Positions 46,846 to 56,690 of a DNA stretch of 64,000 nt are shown here, in pieces. The notes below the pieces were generated by a model. It searched no databases. It was not told the DNA's origin and saw nothing but the letters and a program-made list of their open reading frames with translations. A program made the translations under genes and the position numbers. The DNA lies in assembly GCA_963849325.1 (NCBI GenBank), contig CAWKHF010000002.1, forward strand, positions 352,001 through 416,000. The letters are read 5' to 3'. Source of the DNA: an uncultured Planctomycetota bacterium. GTDB lineage: Bacteria; Planctomycetota; Planctomycetia; Gemmatales; Gemmataceae. Positions within the stretch are counted from its first letter, which is position 1. Each line of letters begins with the position of its first letter.

Positions 46846-48616
46846 TCACGGTCCCAGGAGTTTCTTGCCTTCCATGAAAAATTCGAGCTTCTTGGTCAGA
46901 TCCTTGGCGAGGTTGGCTCGTTTGAGGAACAGCAGGGCGAAACAGGTGTCCGTGATGGGTGAGGAACCGGGATAGCCGGCGGCCGTCCAGGAACCGTCCT
47001 CACGCTGATGATCCAGGAGCAACTCGATGCCCCAGGAATACCAGTCCTTGCCGTCGATGTGCCGGCGCTGAAAGAGCACGCCGACTCGTTCGGTCGCCCA
47101 CAGGAAATACAGGTTGATCTGTGTACGGTTTTTGGCGCGCGGCTTCTTCCAGCCAAGCGGTTTGCCGATGAAGCCAGCGAGGGCTTTGAAACCCTTCTCG
47201 ACGGCGGGATCTTCGATGCGTCCGCCGTCGCGGGGACGCGAGGCGTGATCGGCGGCCAGGCCCAGACCGACGGCCAGGCCGAGCAGACCAACGCCGGTCA
47301 TGGAGGACGTGACGGCCCCATTCGGCGTGGGGAGGGCATAGCGATAGCCCCAGCCTCCGCTGGCCGCCGCGCTCTTGCGGAAGCGCTGCGCCAGCAGGGC
47401 GAGCGGCCGTTGCAGTGGCAGATCGTGCCGGCTGGCGGCCCACAGCCCGAGGATGGCGAAGTGCGTGTTGGAATTGTCCGCCGCGTCGCTTCGGGGCAGG
47501 TTGTGCGCCTTCGCCGGCGGTTGCAGCGCCGGCAGTTTGCGCAGGTTCGCCGGGAGTCGATCCAGGGCTTTCTGGTACGTCTTCGGATCGATCGGCTTCT
47601 TCGTTATCGGTGTGCTGTCCCGCGGGCTAGTGCTGTCATCGGGGAGCAGCTTGGAATCGATGGATCCGTCCGAGGTGGTTTTGCCGAGGGAACTTTGCGG
47701 ACCCTGGGCGATCAAGCCGGGAGGTGAGGTGCCGTCCGATCCCTGCACAAACAGGTCCAGCGCCGAAGTCGGCCGAGTCTGTTGAAGGAAGGTCAGCAGC
47801 TTTTTCTCCTCTTCCGCCGTCAGGATCGGACAGACATAAACCCAACCGCCGCCCGGAGATTGACCGGCCACCAACCGCAGTGCGCAAGTCTGAATCAGCT
47901 TCTTGTCGCGGGGATCTCCCAGACGATCCAGAAACAGGATCGCCAGGGACAGGTCGTAGGTTTTATCGAGGCGCGGGATGACCTGGCGGACGTGGCGAAC
48001 CGCTTTCTGAACGCGGCTGTCGTCAGCGGGGACGCCGCATTCGAGGAGAGTCAGTCCCGGCAACGCGCACAAACCCAGGCGCAGCCCCCAGCTGCCGGCA
48101 TGATTCTGGTTTTTTTCCAGGTAAGCTATGCCCTTCTCGATGGCTTTGTTGACCTTCTCCTGCTCCTCCGGAGGCAGCCAGGCGGCTGGCTCCGCCTCCG
48201 GCCGCGATGAGGGCGGGTCGGGCCGCGTCGCCGAGGGATCCGACGGCGGAGGCTCGACAGGGTAAGTCTCTTCCTCGGAGGAGGTCGCGGTCGCAGCCTG
48301 CTCCGACGGGACCGACGGGTCTTTGCGGCTGACGAAATAAACCACCAGACCGGCGGTCGCGGTCATAACGAGCAACAGACCGCCGAGGACGAGGCCGATC
48401 CACCATCTTCGCCGATTTCCGGCCGGCGGCGGTGCCGGTCTCACGTTCGGCGCGGTCTGGACGTGCGCGGCGTGTTTGGCGTCGTTGCCAGCCTCCGCGG
48501 GGACGGCGAAAGAATGACCGCAGCGCGAACAGAGGACGCGATGTCCCACCGTCAGCGGTTTCGACGTTTCTGAGGCGCCGGGCACAGTGCGGGCAGATGA
48601 CCTTGGCAGCGAGCAT
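46846..48616 (-). CDS. Membrane-anchored prenyltransferase/squalene-cyclase-repeat protein with N-terminal Zn ribbon (frameshift near 48570)
   Basis: CPHC..CSRC, TM segment, QNHAGSW, QSPGGGW, DNSNTHFAILGL, QREDGSW, TCFALLFL. Confidence 0.8.
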
Positions 48617-48752
48617 GATGGCTCTTTCGACTGGCGAAAACTCGACTCCGGCAAGGGAGTGTCTTCAGCCCTTACTTTAGCCGCCAAGCGCAAGGAGGAG
48701 CAAGGAAAAACGCGGATCGTGTATCGAGAAGGACCTGATCTCCATTCACGAG

Positions 48753-49496
48753 TCACGAGGTCTGCACAGTCTGAAATAGGTCCGCCATCTTCAAACCCAG
48801 GCCGAGCGAGATGCGATACAGCGTCTCGATGGACGCCGAGTTTTTGCCCAACTCGATTTGCGACAGATATCCCAAAGACACGCCGGTGCGCTGGGCCATC
48901 TGGGCGAGGGTCAGACCGAGACCCTTGCGGCGTTCGCGGATGATGGAGCCGAGCGATTCGCGCAGGGCCTCCTCCGACATTCGCAGCAGGCCACGGCTTT
49001 CCAAACAGCGATTGACGACGCGCTGGAGGTGAGAGACCTGGAACGGCTTGGTCAGGTAATCGTAGGTGCGCGCCCGCAGACAGCTCAGGGCGCTGTCGAT
49101 GGACGGATACGCCGTCACCACGATGACGCTGGCGTCCGCCTGCGTTTCCCTGACCCAGTCGAGGACCTGGTCCGATTCCAGGCCGGGCAGCACATAGTCG
49201 AGAATGACCACGTGGTACATTTGGCCGTGCAGCACCTCGCGCATGCGCGCTGGATCGAAGACCGTATCCACCTTGAACGCACTGGAGCTTAGCGCCGCCT
49301 GAATCATGCGACAGATGGAGGGATCGTCGTCCAGGACCAGGATGCGGACTTCACTGGCGCAATATAGGCCGTTGCTCTCGCGGCAGATGGACGGACCCGG
49401 CGTGCCGGCATCGCCGGCATCGCCGGCAGCGTCGCCGACCGAGGAAGAGGGAGCAAGGGGACCGAGCCGTGTACGGATCACGGAGAGTTCCTCCAT
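48753..49496 (-). CDS. Response regulator with XRE-type HTH output domain
   Basis: ILVLDDD, ILDYVLP, DYLTKPF, then LTLAQMAQRTGVSLGYLSQIELGK. Confidence 0.9.
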   Translation of the reverse strand: MEELSVIRTRLGPLAPSSSVGDAAGDAGDAGTPGPSICRESNGLYCASEVRILVLDDDPSICRMIQAALSSSAFKVDTVFDPARMREVLHGQMYHVVILDYVLPGLESDQVLDWVRETQADASVIVVTAYPSIDSALSCLRARTYDYLTKPFQVSHLQRVVNRCLESRGLLRMSEEALRESLGSIIRERRKGLGLTLAQMAQRTGVSLGYLSQIELGKNSASIETLYRISLGLGLKMADLFQTVQTS

Positions 49497-49508
49497 CTAG
49501 GATGCTAT

Positions 49509-49573
49509 CCGAGCCGCGACCGTCAGGGAGCGGTATTGGCCGTTACCCCCGCTCCCTGACGGTCGCGGCTCGG
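49509..49573. repeat. REP-like family A hairpin
   Basis: ccgagccgcgaccgtcagggagcgg ... ccgctccctgacggtcgcggctcgg. Confidence 0.92.
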
Positions 49574-50854
49574 TTGGGTCCACTAGCGGCGGCGGCCGAC
49601 GCCCGAGACGGCGCGACGGCGGCCGGAGCGGCGGCCACCGGGACGACGAGACGGACGAGGGTGCCGCCCTCGGTCCGCGGCAGCAAGTCCAACCCGCCGC
49701 GATGGGCGGCGAGGATGCCGTAAGCGACCGCCAGACCGAAGCCGCGCTTCCGCGGTTTCGTCGAAAAGAACGGCTCCCGGAACAACTGCCGCCAGGCGTC
49801 GGGGGTCAGTCCGGCCCCGCTGTCCGCCACCGTGATTTCCACGTGAGCCCCCGGCCGGACGTCGCCGAATAGATCGCGTGCCTCAGACGCACTCAGTTGC
49901 ATCGGACGGGCCGCGACCATGATGGCACCGGTCCCAGCGATGGCTTCGCGCGCATTGTCCAGCACGATGGCGAGCACCTGGCGAAGATGTTCGCCGTCCA
50001 CGGCGAGGACCGGCAGGTCCGTCGGCAGATCGATGCGGAGGCGGACGTCGGTCCCCAGCGCCGGCCGCAGCCGTTTTTCTTCCTCGGCCAGCGCGGCGGA
50101 CAGGTTCCCGGAGCGATTGCCGCTCGTCTGTCGCCGCGCGAACAGGCGGAGCTGGTTGGTGTACTGGGCGCCGTTCTGGGCGCCGCGATAGACCTCGGTG
50201 AGGTAAGCGTGCAAGGGCGTTCCGGCGGGGAGGTGCTGGGCCAGCGCCAACTCACTGAATCCGAGGATGCCCGTGAGGACGTTGCCGAAATCGTGCGCCA
50301 GACGGCGTACCAGATGGGCCGCCGACTCCAATCGCTGCTGGCGGACAGCACGGTCCAGCTGCTCCGCCCAGCGCGGCGGCGCATCCGCGCTGGTCAGCGG
50401 AGGGGCCAGGACTTGTCCGGCCAGCAGCAGGGCCGAGGCTTCCCTCTCCGTCCAGTCCGTGCGACCGGCATCCTGCAACCACAGCAGCCAGGCGCCTCGT
50501 TCCGGCGTGCCCAGCAAGGTACACAACCAGCTCCCGCCGTTGGCGATAGGTACGCGTCAGCGCGGTGGCAGCGCGGCGAAGTCGCTCCACGAGGTCGGGG
50601 TGCTCGCGCCAGGGCAGAGAAACCTCGGCGAGCGATGACTCGGCGACAGCGGGATACACGCTCAGCGGCATCCCATCAGGGTAGCTCGCCAAGCCCGCTC
50701 CGGAGGCAGCGAAGGAGGCGGCCAGATCGCCCAGCAAGCCGTCCAGGTCCGGCTGTCGGGCGTGCGGAGTCGCCAGCAGGCGATGAACGAACTCCAGAGC
50801 GGATCGACTCGAATCGACCGGCGCGGCCTCCGGCGCTGCGACTGTGCCAAGCAT
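49543..50854 (-). CDS. Cytoplasmic sensor histidine kinase (frameshift near 50550)
   Basis: LAHDFGNVLTGI, NAREA, DSGAG, EPFFSTK, GFGLA. Confidence 0.85.
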
Positions 50855-50982
50855 GGGGGAACTCCGTGAGGATCCCTGACCCGATTGAGGGCTGCCAGGA
50901 ATTTCAACCCGACGGGAAACTTTAGAACAGGAATGGACGTCCCGTCAAATCGCCGGAGCAAGATTTTTCGCGCGGAGGGGAA

Positions 50983-51028
50983 GCTGCTTGCGGCTTAGCA
51001 CGAACGTATGCGAAGCCGCAAGCGGCCC
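50983..51028. repeat. REP-like family D imperfect hairpin
   Basis: gctgcttgcggcttagca ... tgcgaagccgcaagcggc. Confidence 0.65.
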
Positions 51029-51029
51029 T

Positions 51030-52208
51030 CTATTCGGACGAGCCCTGAAGTTTCTTGAGCGCGACCTGGGCGGCCTCGCGGACGGCCTTTTGCGGATCGC
51101 GCGTGGCTTCGGTGAGGCGATTGGTGACGGTCTTGGCTTGCTCGCCCAGGGCGTCCGCCGCGCCGAGATTGCCCAGCGCCTCGATGGCGGCGACGCGGAC
51201 CTCCAGGACGTTGTCGTCCATGCACGCCAGGACGCCGAGGAGGGCGGCCTTATGCTCGTCCCCCAACTCCTTGCCCATACGGCTGATGGCGTGCAGGGAC
51301 AGCGAGCGGACGAACTGGTCGTCGTCTTTGAGGGCGGCCCGCAAGGCGGGCAAGGCGGGGCGAGCATCTGCTTCCATCTGATCGAGGGCTTCGGCGCAGG
51401 CCCGACGCAGGGGGACGTCGGCGTCGCGTGCCGTCAAGACGACGCCGAGGGTCGGCGCGACATTGGCGGCATCTTTGCCCATCTCGCCCAGCGCCTGCGC
51501 ACATGCCTTACGCAACTCCGCGTCATTCTTGACGTTGGCAAGGACTTCCTTGAGCGCCGGCACGGCCGGCAGAGCGTCGGGGGGACCGATGCGTCCGAGG
51601 GCGAGGGCGCAGTAGACTCGCGTCAGGCGTTCGAGCTTGGCGTCCTTGAGGGCGGTCTGCAATTCGGCCAGCGCCTCGTCGGCGTCCTTGCCGAGCTTGC
51701 GCAGCGCGTTGGCGGCGGCGGTGCGCGTGCCGGCGTGAGGGTCTTTCAGGGCGACGGCCAGAACGCCCGCTGAGCCGTGGGCCTTGCCCTTCATGTCGCC
51801 CAGCGCTCGGGCGGATGCTTCGCGGACGTGCTCCGCCTTGTCCGTGCGCAGCGCCGCGGCCAGGGCGTCGCGCACCTTATCGAGAGGGATGTCGTCGTCC
51901 TCGCGGGCCTTGGCGGCGATGTTGCCCAGAGCGGAGGCGGCGCCAGCACGGATCTTCGCTTCCGTGTTTTCGCGCAGGGCGGCGAGCAGCGCTGGGGTAA
52001 TCTTGCGGCTCTTGCGCGGGCCGATCAGCTGCACAGCCAACAATCCCGCCCGGCGCTCCTCGTAGTTCTTTCCATTTTGCAGCAGGTCCACCCACTCGGA
52101 CAACTTCTTGCCTCGGAAGGGAGGATCGTCCTCTTCGGCGCGGATGGTCGAAAGCCCGGCAAGCAGAGCGAGGAGCGGTACAGCCATCAGCGAACGGCAA
52201 AGCGACAT
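51030..52208 (-). CDS. Secreted HEAT-repeat protein
   Basis: Signal peptide; repeated VR.AAA.ALG units. Confidence 0.88.
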   Translation of the reverse strand: MSLCRSLMAVPLLALLAGLSTIRAEEDDPPFRGKKLSEWVDLLQNGKNYEERRAGLLAVQLIGPRKSRKITPALLAALRENTEAKIRAGAASALGNIAAKAREDDDIPLDKVRDALAAALRTDKAEHVREASARALGDMKGKAHGSAGVLAVALKDPHAGTRTAAANALRKLGKDADEALAELQTALKDAKLERLTRVYCALALGRIGPPDALPAVPALKEVLANVKNDAELRKACAQALGEMGKDAANVAPTLGVVLTARDADVPLRRACAEALDQMEADARPALPALRAALKDDDQFVRSLSLHAISRMGKELGDEHKAALLGVLACMDDNVLEVRVAAIEALGNLGAADALGEQAKTVTNRLTEATRDPQKAVREAAQVALKKLQGSSE

Positions 52209-52328
52209 GGCGAGGACCTCCCGTGAGTCGGAGGGATAGAAGTCCGTGTGGAAAAGCCGGCCACTCCCTGAACATATCCGTCCGCGGCGCCCTTCGCAAG
52301 CTGTCGGCCGGGCCGGAGGGGATTACCC

Positions 52329-52357
52329 TTGACGGTCTAGCAGAGGGCCGCTAGAAA
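52329..52357 (+). promoter_or_regulatory. Putative sigma70 promoter for the purA operon
   Basis: TTGACG-N17-TAGAAA. Confidence 0.45.
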
Positions 52358-52436
52358 GACGAACAGTCCCTTATTCCGTAACGTCTTGTGGCAGCCTGCG
52401 GTCAACCGGCCTCAGGCATTTTTTATGAATGTTGTT

Positions 52437-52493
52437 ATCCGAGCCTGAAGCGTCAGCGAAGGGGTGCCCTTCGCTGACGCTTCAGGCTCGGAT
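52437..52493. repeat. REP-like family B hairpin (TCAG/CTGA variant) in the purA leader
   Basis: atccgagcctgaagcgtcagcgaaggg ... cccttcgctgacgcttcaggctcggat. Confidence 0.9.
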
Positions 52494-52514
52494 GAGGTTG
52501 ATAGGTGGAGTTTC

Positions 52515-53801
52515 ATGCCCTGTACCTGTGTCGTCGGTTTGCAATGGGGCGACGAGGCCAAGGGGAAGATCGTCGATCTGCTTACCGAAGGCCACGCCTT
52601 CGTGGTCCGTTACAACGGCGGGGCCAACGCCGGACACACCGTCGTCAGCGGCGGTCAGACGTTCAAACTGTCGCTGCTGCCGACCGGCGTGCTTCGTCCC
52701 AACGTCCGGGCCGTGATCGGCAACGGCGTCGTCGTCTACCCGCCGCGCTTCCTGGAGGAAGTTGACAACCTGCGCCAGGCCGGCATCGCCATCGGTGACA
52801 ATCTTGTTGTCAGCGATCACGCGCACGTCATTTTCCCCTATCACATGGAGGAAGAGCGCCTCAACGAGTGCGGCGCCGGCGAGGCCATCGGCACCACCGG
52901 CCGCGGCATCGGTCCCTGTTACCAGGATAAGGTCGGCCGGCAATTCGCCGTCCGCCTCGGCGAATTGCTGCACCCCGAACACCTGCGCAAGCGCCTTGTT
53001 CCCATTGTCGAGAGGAAAAATCGTCTTTTTCGTGCCCTCGACGCCGGCGCCCGCCAATTCGACGCCGACACGATCTGCCGTGACTATCTCCAGTGCATGG
53101 AGCGAATCCGCCCGCACGTCGCCGATACGACGCGACTCTTGCACGAGGCGCTGAGGAAGAAGCAGTACATCCTCTTCGAGGCGGCCCAGGGCAGTCTGCT
53201 CGACGTCGATCATGGCACCTATCCTTACGTGACCAGCTCCAACAGCTCGACGGCGGGCGTCTGGAGCGGCTCGGGCGTGCCGGCCCGCACGATCGAGCGC
53301 GTCGTCGGCGTCATCAAGGCGTATTCCACGCGCGTCGGTCGCGGTCCCTTCCCCACCGAGTTGGACGACGGACCCGACGGCATCGGCGAACGCATCCGCC
53401 GGATCGGCCGGGAGTACGGCACCGTCACCGGCCGGCCGCGCCGTTGTGGCTGGTTCGATGCCGTCGCCGCGCGCTACACCGCCGTCCTCAACGGCGCCGA
53501 CGAGTTGGCCGTCATGCTCCTCGACGTCCTCAGCGGGTTGGACGAACTGCGCATCGCCGTCGCCTACGAGGAAGACGGCTACCGCCTCGACCACTTCCCG
53601 ACGGACGCCTTCCGGCTGGAGCGCTGCCGGCCGGTCTACGAAACGCTGCCGGGTTGGCGGAAGGACCTATCCGGTGCCCGCGACCTCGCCGACCTGCCCG
53701 CCGCCGCACGCCGCTACGTCGATCGCCTCGGCGAATTGCTCGGCGTGCCGGTGAAAACCATCTCGGTGGGACCGGATCGAGAACAGACGATCTTTACGTA
53801 A
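52515..53801 (+). CDS. purA: Adenylosuccinate synthetase
   Basis: QWGDEAKGK, GGANAGHT, GTTGRGIGP, GTYPYVTSS, EYGTVTGRPRRCGW. Confidence 0.98.
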   Translation: MPCTCVVGLQWGDEAKGKIVDLLTEGHAFVVRYNGGANAGHTVVSGGQTFKLSLLPTGVLRPNVRAVIGNGVVVYPPRFLEEVDNLRQAGIAIGDNLVVSDHAHVIFPYHMEEERLNECGAGEAIGTTGRGIGPCYQDKVGRQFAVRLGELLHPEHLRKRLVPIVERKNRLFRALDAGARQFDADTICRDYLQCMERIRPHVADTTRLLHEALRKKQYILFEAAQGSLLDVDHGTYPYVTSSNSSTAGVWSGSGVPARTIERVVGVIKAYSTRVGRGPFPTELDDGPDGIGERIRRIGREYGTVTGRPRRCGWFDAVAARYTAVLNGADELAVMLLDVLSGLDELRIAVAYEEDGYRLDHFPTDAFRLERCRPVYETLPGWRKDLSGARDLADLPAAARRYVDRLGELLGVPVKTISVGPDREQTIFT

Positions 53802-53810
53802 TTCAGAGGT

Positions 53811-54599
53811 ATGATCTTGCCCGCCCCTCCCCTGAAGACGAAGACCCCGGACACGCTGCGGCGTCTGTCGGAGGCTGGATTGAAGCCGGAACGCTTGCCC
53901 GACCACGTCGCCATCATCATGGACGGCAACGGCCGCTGGGCGCGGCAGCGCGGTTTGCCGCGCATCGAGGGCCACGCCCGCGGTGCCCACAGCGTCCGCG
54001 CCACCGTCGAGGAGTGCTGTCGCCTGGGTGTCGGGCAGCTGACCCTTTACTGTCTGAGCAGCGAGAATTGGAAGCGTCCGCGGACCGAACTCGATTTCCT
54101 TATGACGCTGCTCGAACACTACCTCATTGAGGAGCGCCGCGAGATCCTGGACCAGAACATCCGATTCCACATCATCGGCCGGCGCAGCGGTCTGCCGGAC
54201 AACGTGCTGCGCGAGATCGACGAGAACATCCGGCTCAGTCAGGACAACACCGGCATGGCCCTGTGCCTGGCCATCAACTACGGCGGCCGCACCGAGTTGA
54301 TCGACGCCGTGCGCAACGTGGCCCGTCAGGTGAATGAGGGCACCTTGTCGGTGGACGCGATTGATGAGGCGGTCCTGAGCAACGCCCTGTACACGGCGGG
54401 CATGCCCGACCCGGACTTGCTGATCCGCACGGCCGGCGAGATGCGCGTCAGCAACTTCCTGTTGTGGCAGATCTCCTATGCCGAACTGTGGGTGACGGAC
54501 CTGTGTTGGCCGGACTTCGATCGGACGGTGCTGCACCAGGCGCTGCGCGACTACGCCGCCCGCGAACGGCGCTTCGGCGGCATCCTCACGGACGAATAG
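53811..54599 (+). CDS. uppS: Undecaprenyl diphosphate synthase
   Basis: HVAIIMDGNGRWA, SSENWKRP, NYGGR, IRTAGEMRVSNFLLWQ. Confidence 0.97.
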   Translation: MILPAPPLKTKTPDTLRRLSEAGLKPERLPDHVAIIMDGNGRWARQRGLPRIEGHARGAHSVRATVEECCRLGVGQLTLYCLSSENWKRPRTELDFLMTLLEHYLIEERREILDQNIRFHIIGRRSGLPDNVLREIDENIRLSQDNTGMALCLAINYGGRTELIDAVRNVARQVNEGTLSVDAIDEAVLSNALYTAGMPDPDLLIRTAGEMRVSNFLLWQISYAELWVTDLCWPDFDRTVLHQALRDYAARERRFGGILTDE

Positions 54600-54613
54600 C
54601 CGGGGTCGTTTCC

Positions 54614-55537
54614 ATGCTGCGAACTCGGCTGTGGATGGGAAGCCTCCTCATCGCGCTGGTGACGTGTCTCCTCCTGTTCGATCCGGCCCCGTGGTATCCG
54701 TTCCTGCTGCTGCTGGTCCTCTTTCTCGCCACGCTCGGCAGCGTGGAGATGCATCATCTTCTCGGCGCCGCCCACGGTCTGCCGTCCTGGCTGATCGGCG
54801 GCGCCGTGCTGGCCGTGCTGCTGGCCAATTGGCCGGCGCACCTGTGGCCGGAGCTTTTCGGCCGCGACCCCTGGGCGGTCGTCCTCGGCGCCTTCACGTC
54901 GGTCGTGCTGATCGCTTTCCTTGGGGAGATGGCCCGATTTCGCCCCTCCATGCCGGCCGCCGAGACTTCCTCCTCGGCGATGGCGGTGCCGCCGAGTGGG
55001 GGCGTGGTGATCCGCATGGCCTTGCTGGTGTGGATGACCGCCTACATGGGTTTATTGCCCAGCTTCCTCGCCCAGCTCCGCTGGCCTCCGCCGTCATCGG
55101 GGGGGGAGGGTACAGCAGCGTATAATCCCGTGGCGGCGCTGGCCCTGGCCATCTTCATTCCGAAATGCTGTGACATCGGCGCGTACTTCACGGGCCGGAT
55201 GCTCGGCCGTCATCCGATGTCGCCGGTGCTCAGTCCCAAGAAGACCTGGGAGGGGTTGACCGGCGGATTGATCTTGTCAGGAGCAGCGGCGGTCGCTATC
55301 AACCGCCTCCTGTCCGTGCCCGCGTCCGCGCTGCCAGGGAGCGACCTGTCCGCGGCCGGCTTCGGCGTGGTCGTCGGCGGCGTCGGCGCCCTGGGCGACC
55401 TGGCCGAGTCCCTGGTCAAACGCGACTGCCGTCGCAAGGATGCCTCGCAGGTGGTGCCCGGTTTCGGCGGCGTGCTCGACGTGATCGATTCCATCGTCTT
55501 CGCCGCGCCGCTGGCCTATTGCTGGCTGCGCGGGTGA
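54614..55537 (+). CDS. cdsA: Phosphatidate cytidylyltransferase
   Basis: DIGAYFTG, SPKKTWEG, GDLAESLVKR, KD..PGFGGVLD. Confidence 0.95.
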   Translation: MLRTRLWMGSLLIALVTCLLLFDPAPWYPFLLLLVLFLATLGSVEMHHLLGAAHGLPSWLIGGAVLAVLLANWPAHLWPELFGRDPWAVVLGAFTSVVLIAFLGEMARFRPSMPAAETSSSAMAVPPSGGVVIRMALLVWMTAYMGLLPSFLAQLRWPPPSSGGEGTAAYNPVAALALAIFIPKCCDIGAYFTGRMLGRHPMSPVLSPKKTWEGLTGGLILSGAAAVAINRLLSVPASALPGSDLSAAGFGVVVGGVGALGDLAESLVKRDCRRKDASQVVPGFGGVLDVIDSIVFAAPLAYCWLRG

Positions 55538-55598
55538 ACTCGCCCGAGGCTTCTGTGTCGATTGGATGTACGTCCTTGCTTGTACCCCGGACCCGGAG

Positions 55599-56558
55599 AT
55601 GAGCGAAGCAACCATCACCCTGGACAGCCGCGATGAGGCGTTGCTGCTGTTTGGCAGCCGCGATCAATATCTGCGCGAGATCCGCACGCAGTTGGGCATG
55701 CAGCAATTGGTCGGCCGCGGCGATCAGGTGCTGCTCAAGGGCACCGACGAGCAGTTGTCACTGGCCGAGCGCGTCTTCGGCCAGCTGCGGCAGATGCTGC
55801 GCCAGCAAGGCAGTCTCTCCAGCGAGGACGTCAAGACCGTGCTCGAAGTGGTCCTGCAGGGCGGCGAGCGCATCGGGCCGCAGACGGACAAGCTCGCCGA
55901 GGGCGGCAGCCGCTACGTCCGTCCGCGCACCGACGGCCAGGCCCGTTACGCCCGCGCCATGCGCGAACACGACCTGACCGTCTGCGTGGGGCCGGCCGGC
56001 ACCGGCAAGACGTTTCTCGCAGTCGGCATGGCCGTCAGCCTGTTGCGCCAGGCGTCGGTCAAGAAGATCGTCCTGGTGCGTCCAGCCGTCGAGGCTGGCG
56101 AGCGACTGGGCTTCTTGCCCGGCGACCTCATCGCCAAGGTCAACCCCTATCTGCGTCCGCTCTTCGACGCCCTCAACGACATGATGGAGCCGGAGCAGGT
56201 CAAGCGCTACATGGAAAATGATATTATCGAGATCGTTCCACTCGCATATATGAGGGGAAGGACCTTGAACCAGGCCGTCATCATTCTCGACGAGGGCCAG
56301 AACACGACCGTCCCGCAGATGAAGATGTTCCTGACGCGCATGGGCAACGGCTCCAAGATCATCGTCACCGGCGACATCACTCAGATCGACCTGCCCAAGC
56401 AGACGCGCAGCGGTTTGACCGACGCGGTCCATCGTCTGCGCAACATCGATCGCATCGCCATCGTCTACCTCGACGAGCACGACATCGTCCGCAACCCGTT
56501 AGTTCAGCAAATCCTGCGGGCCTACGAGGAAGAACGGCCCCGCAAAAAAAAGGAGTAG
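55599..56558 (+). CDS. PhoH-family ATPase (YbeZ-like)
   Basis: GPAGTGKT, RPAVEAGERLGFLPG, YMRGRTL, DEGQN, LTRMG. Confidence 0.95.
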   Translation: MSEATITLDSRDEALLLFGSRDQYLREIRTQLGMQQLVGRGDQVLLKGTDEQLSLAERVFGQLRQMLRQQGSLSSEDVKTVLEVVLQGGERIGPQTDKLAEGGSRYVRPRTDGQARYARAMREHDLTVCVGPAGTGKTFLAVGMAVSLLRQASVKKIVLVRPAVEAGERLGFLPGDLIAKVNPYLRPLFDALNDMMEPEQVKRYMENDIIEIVPLAYMRGRTLNQAVIILDEGQNTTVPQMKMFLTRMGNGSKIIVTGDITQIDLPKQTRSGLTDAVHRLRNIDRIAIVYLDEHDIVRNPLVQQILRAYEEERPRKKKE

Positions 56559-56559
56559 A

Positions 56560-56683
56560 AGCGATCAGCGATCAGCGATCAGCGATCAGCCAGACAGGAA
56601 TGCACTCCGTTGTTTTCTGTTGGGTTGACGGGCACGGGATAGATATTGTCTGGCTGATCGCTGATCGCTGATCGCTGATCGCT
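56560..56683. repeat. Mirrored (GCGATCA)x4 cassette with perfect 37-bp inverted arms
   Basis: agcgatcagcgatcagcgatcagcgatcagccagaca (56560-56596) ... tgtctggctgatcgctgatcgctgatcgctgatcgct (56647-56683). Confidence 0.93.
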
Positions 56684-56690
56684 CGAAAGT

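Noticed and set aside
56560-56683. Cyanobacterial HIP1 (GCGATCGC) cluster
   Set aside because: The unit is GCGATCA, not the HIP1 palindrome.
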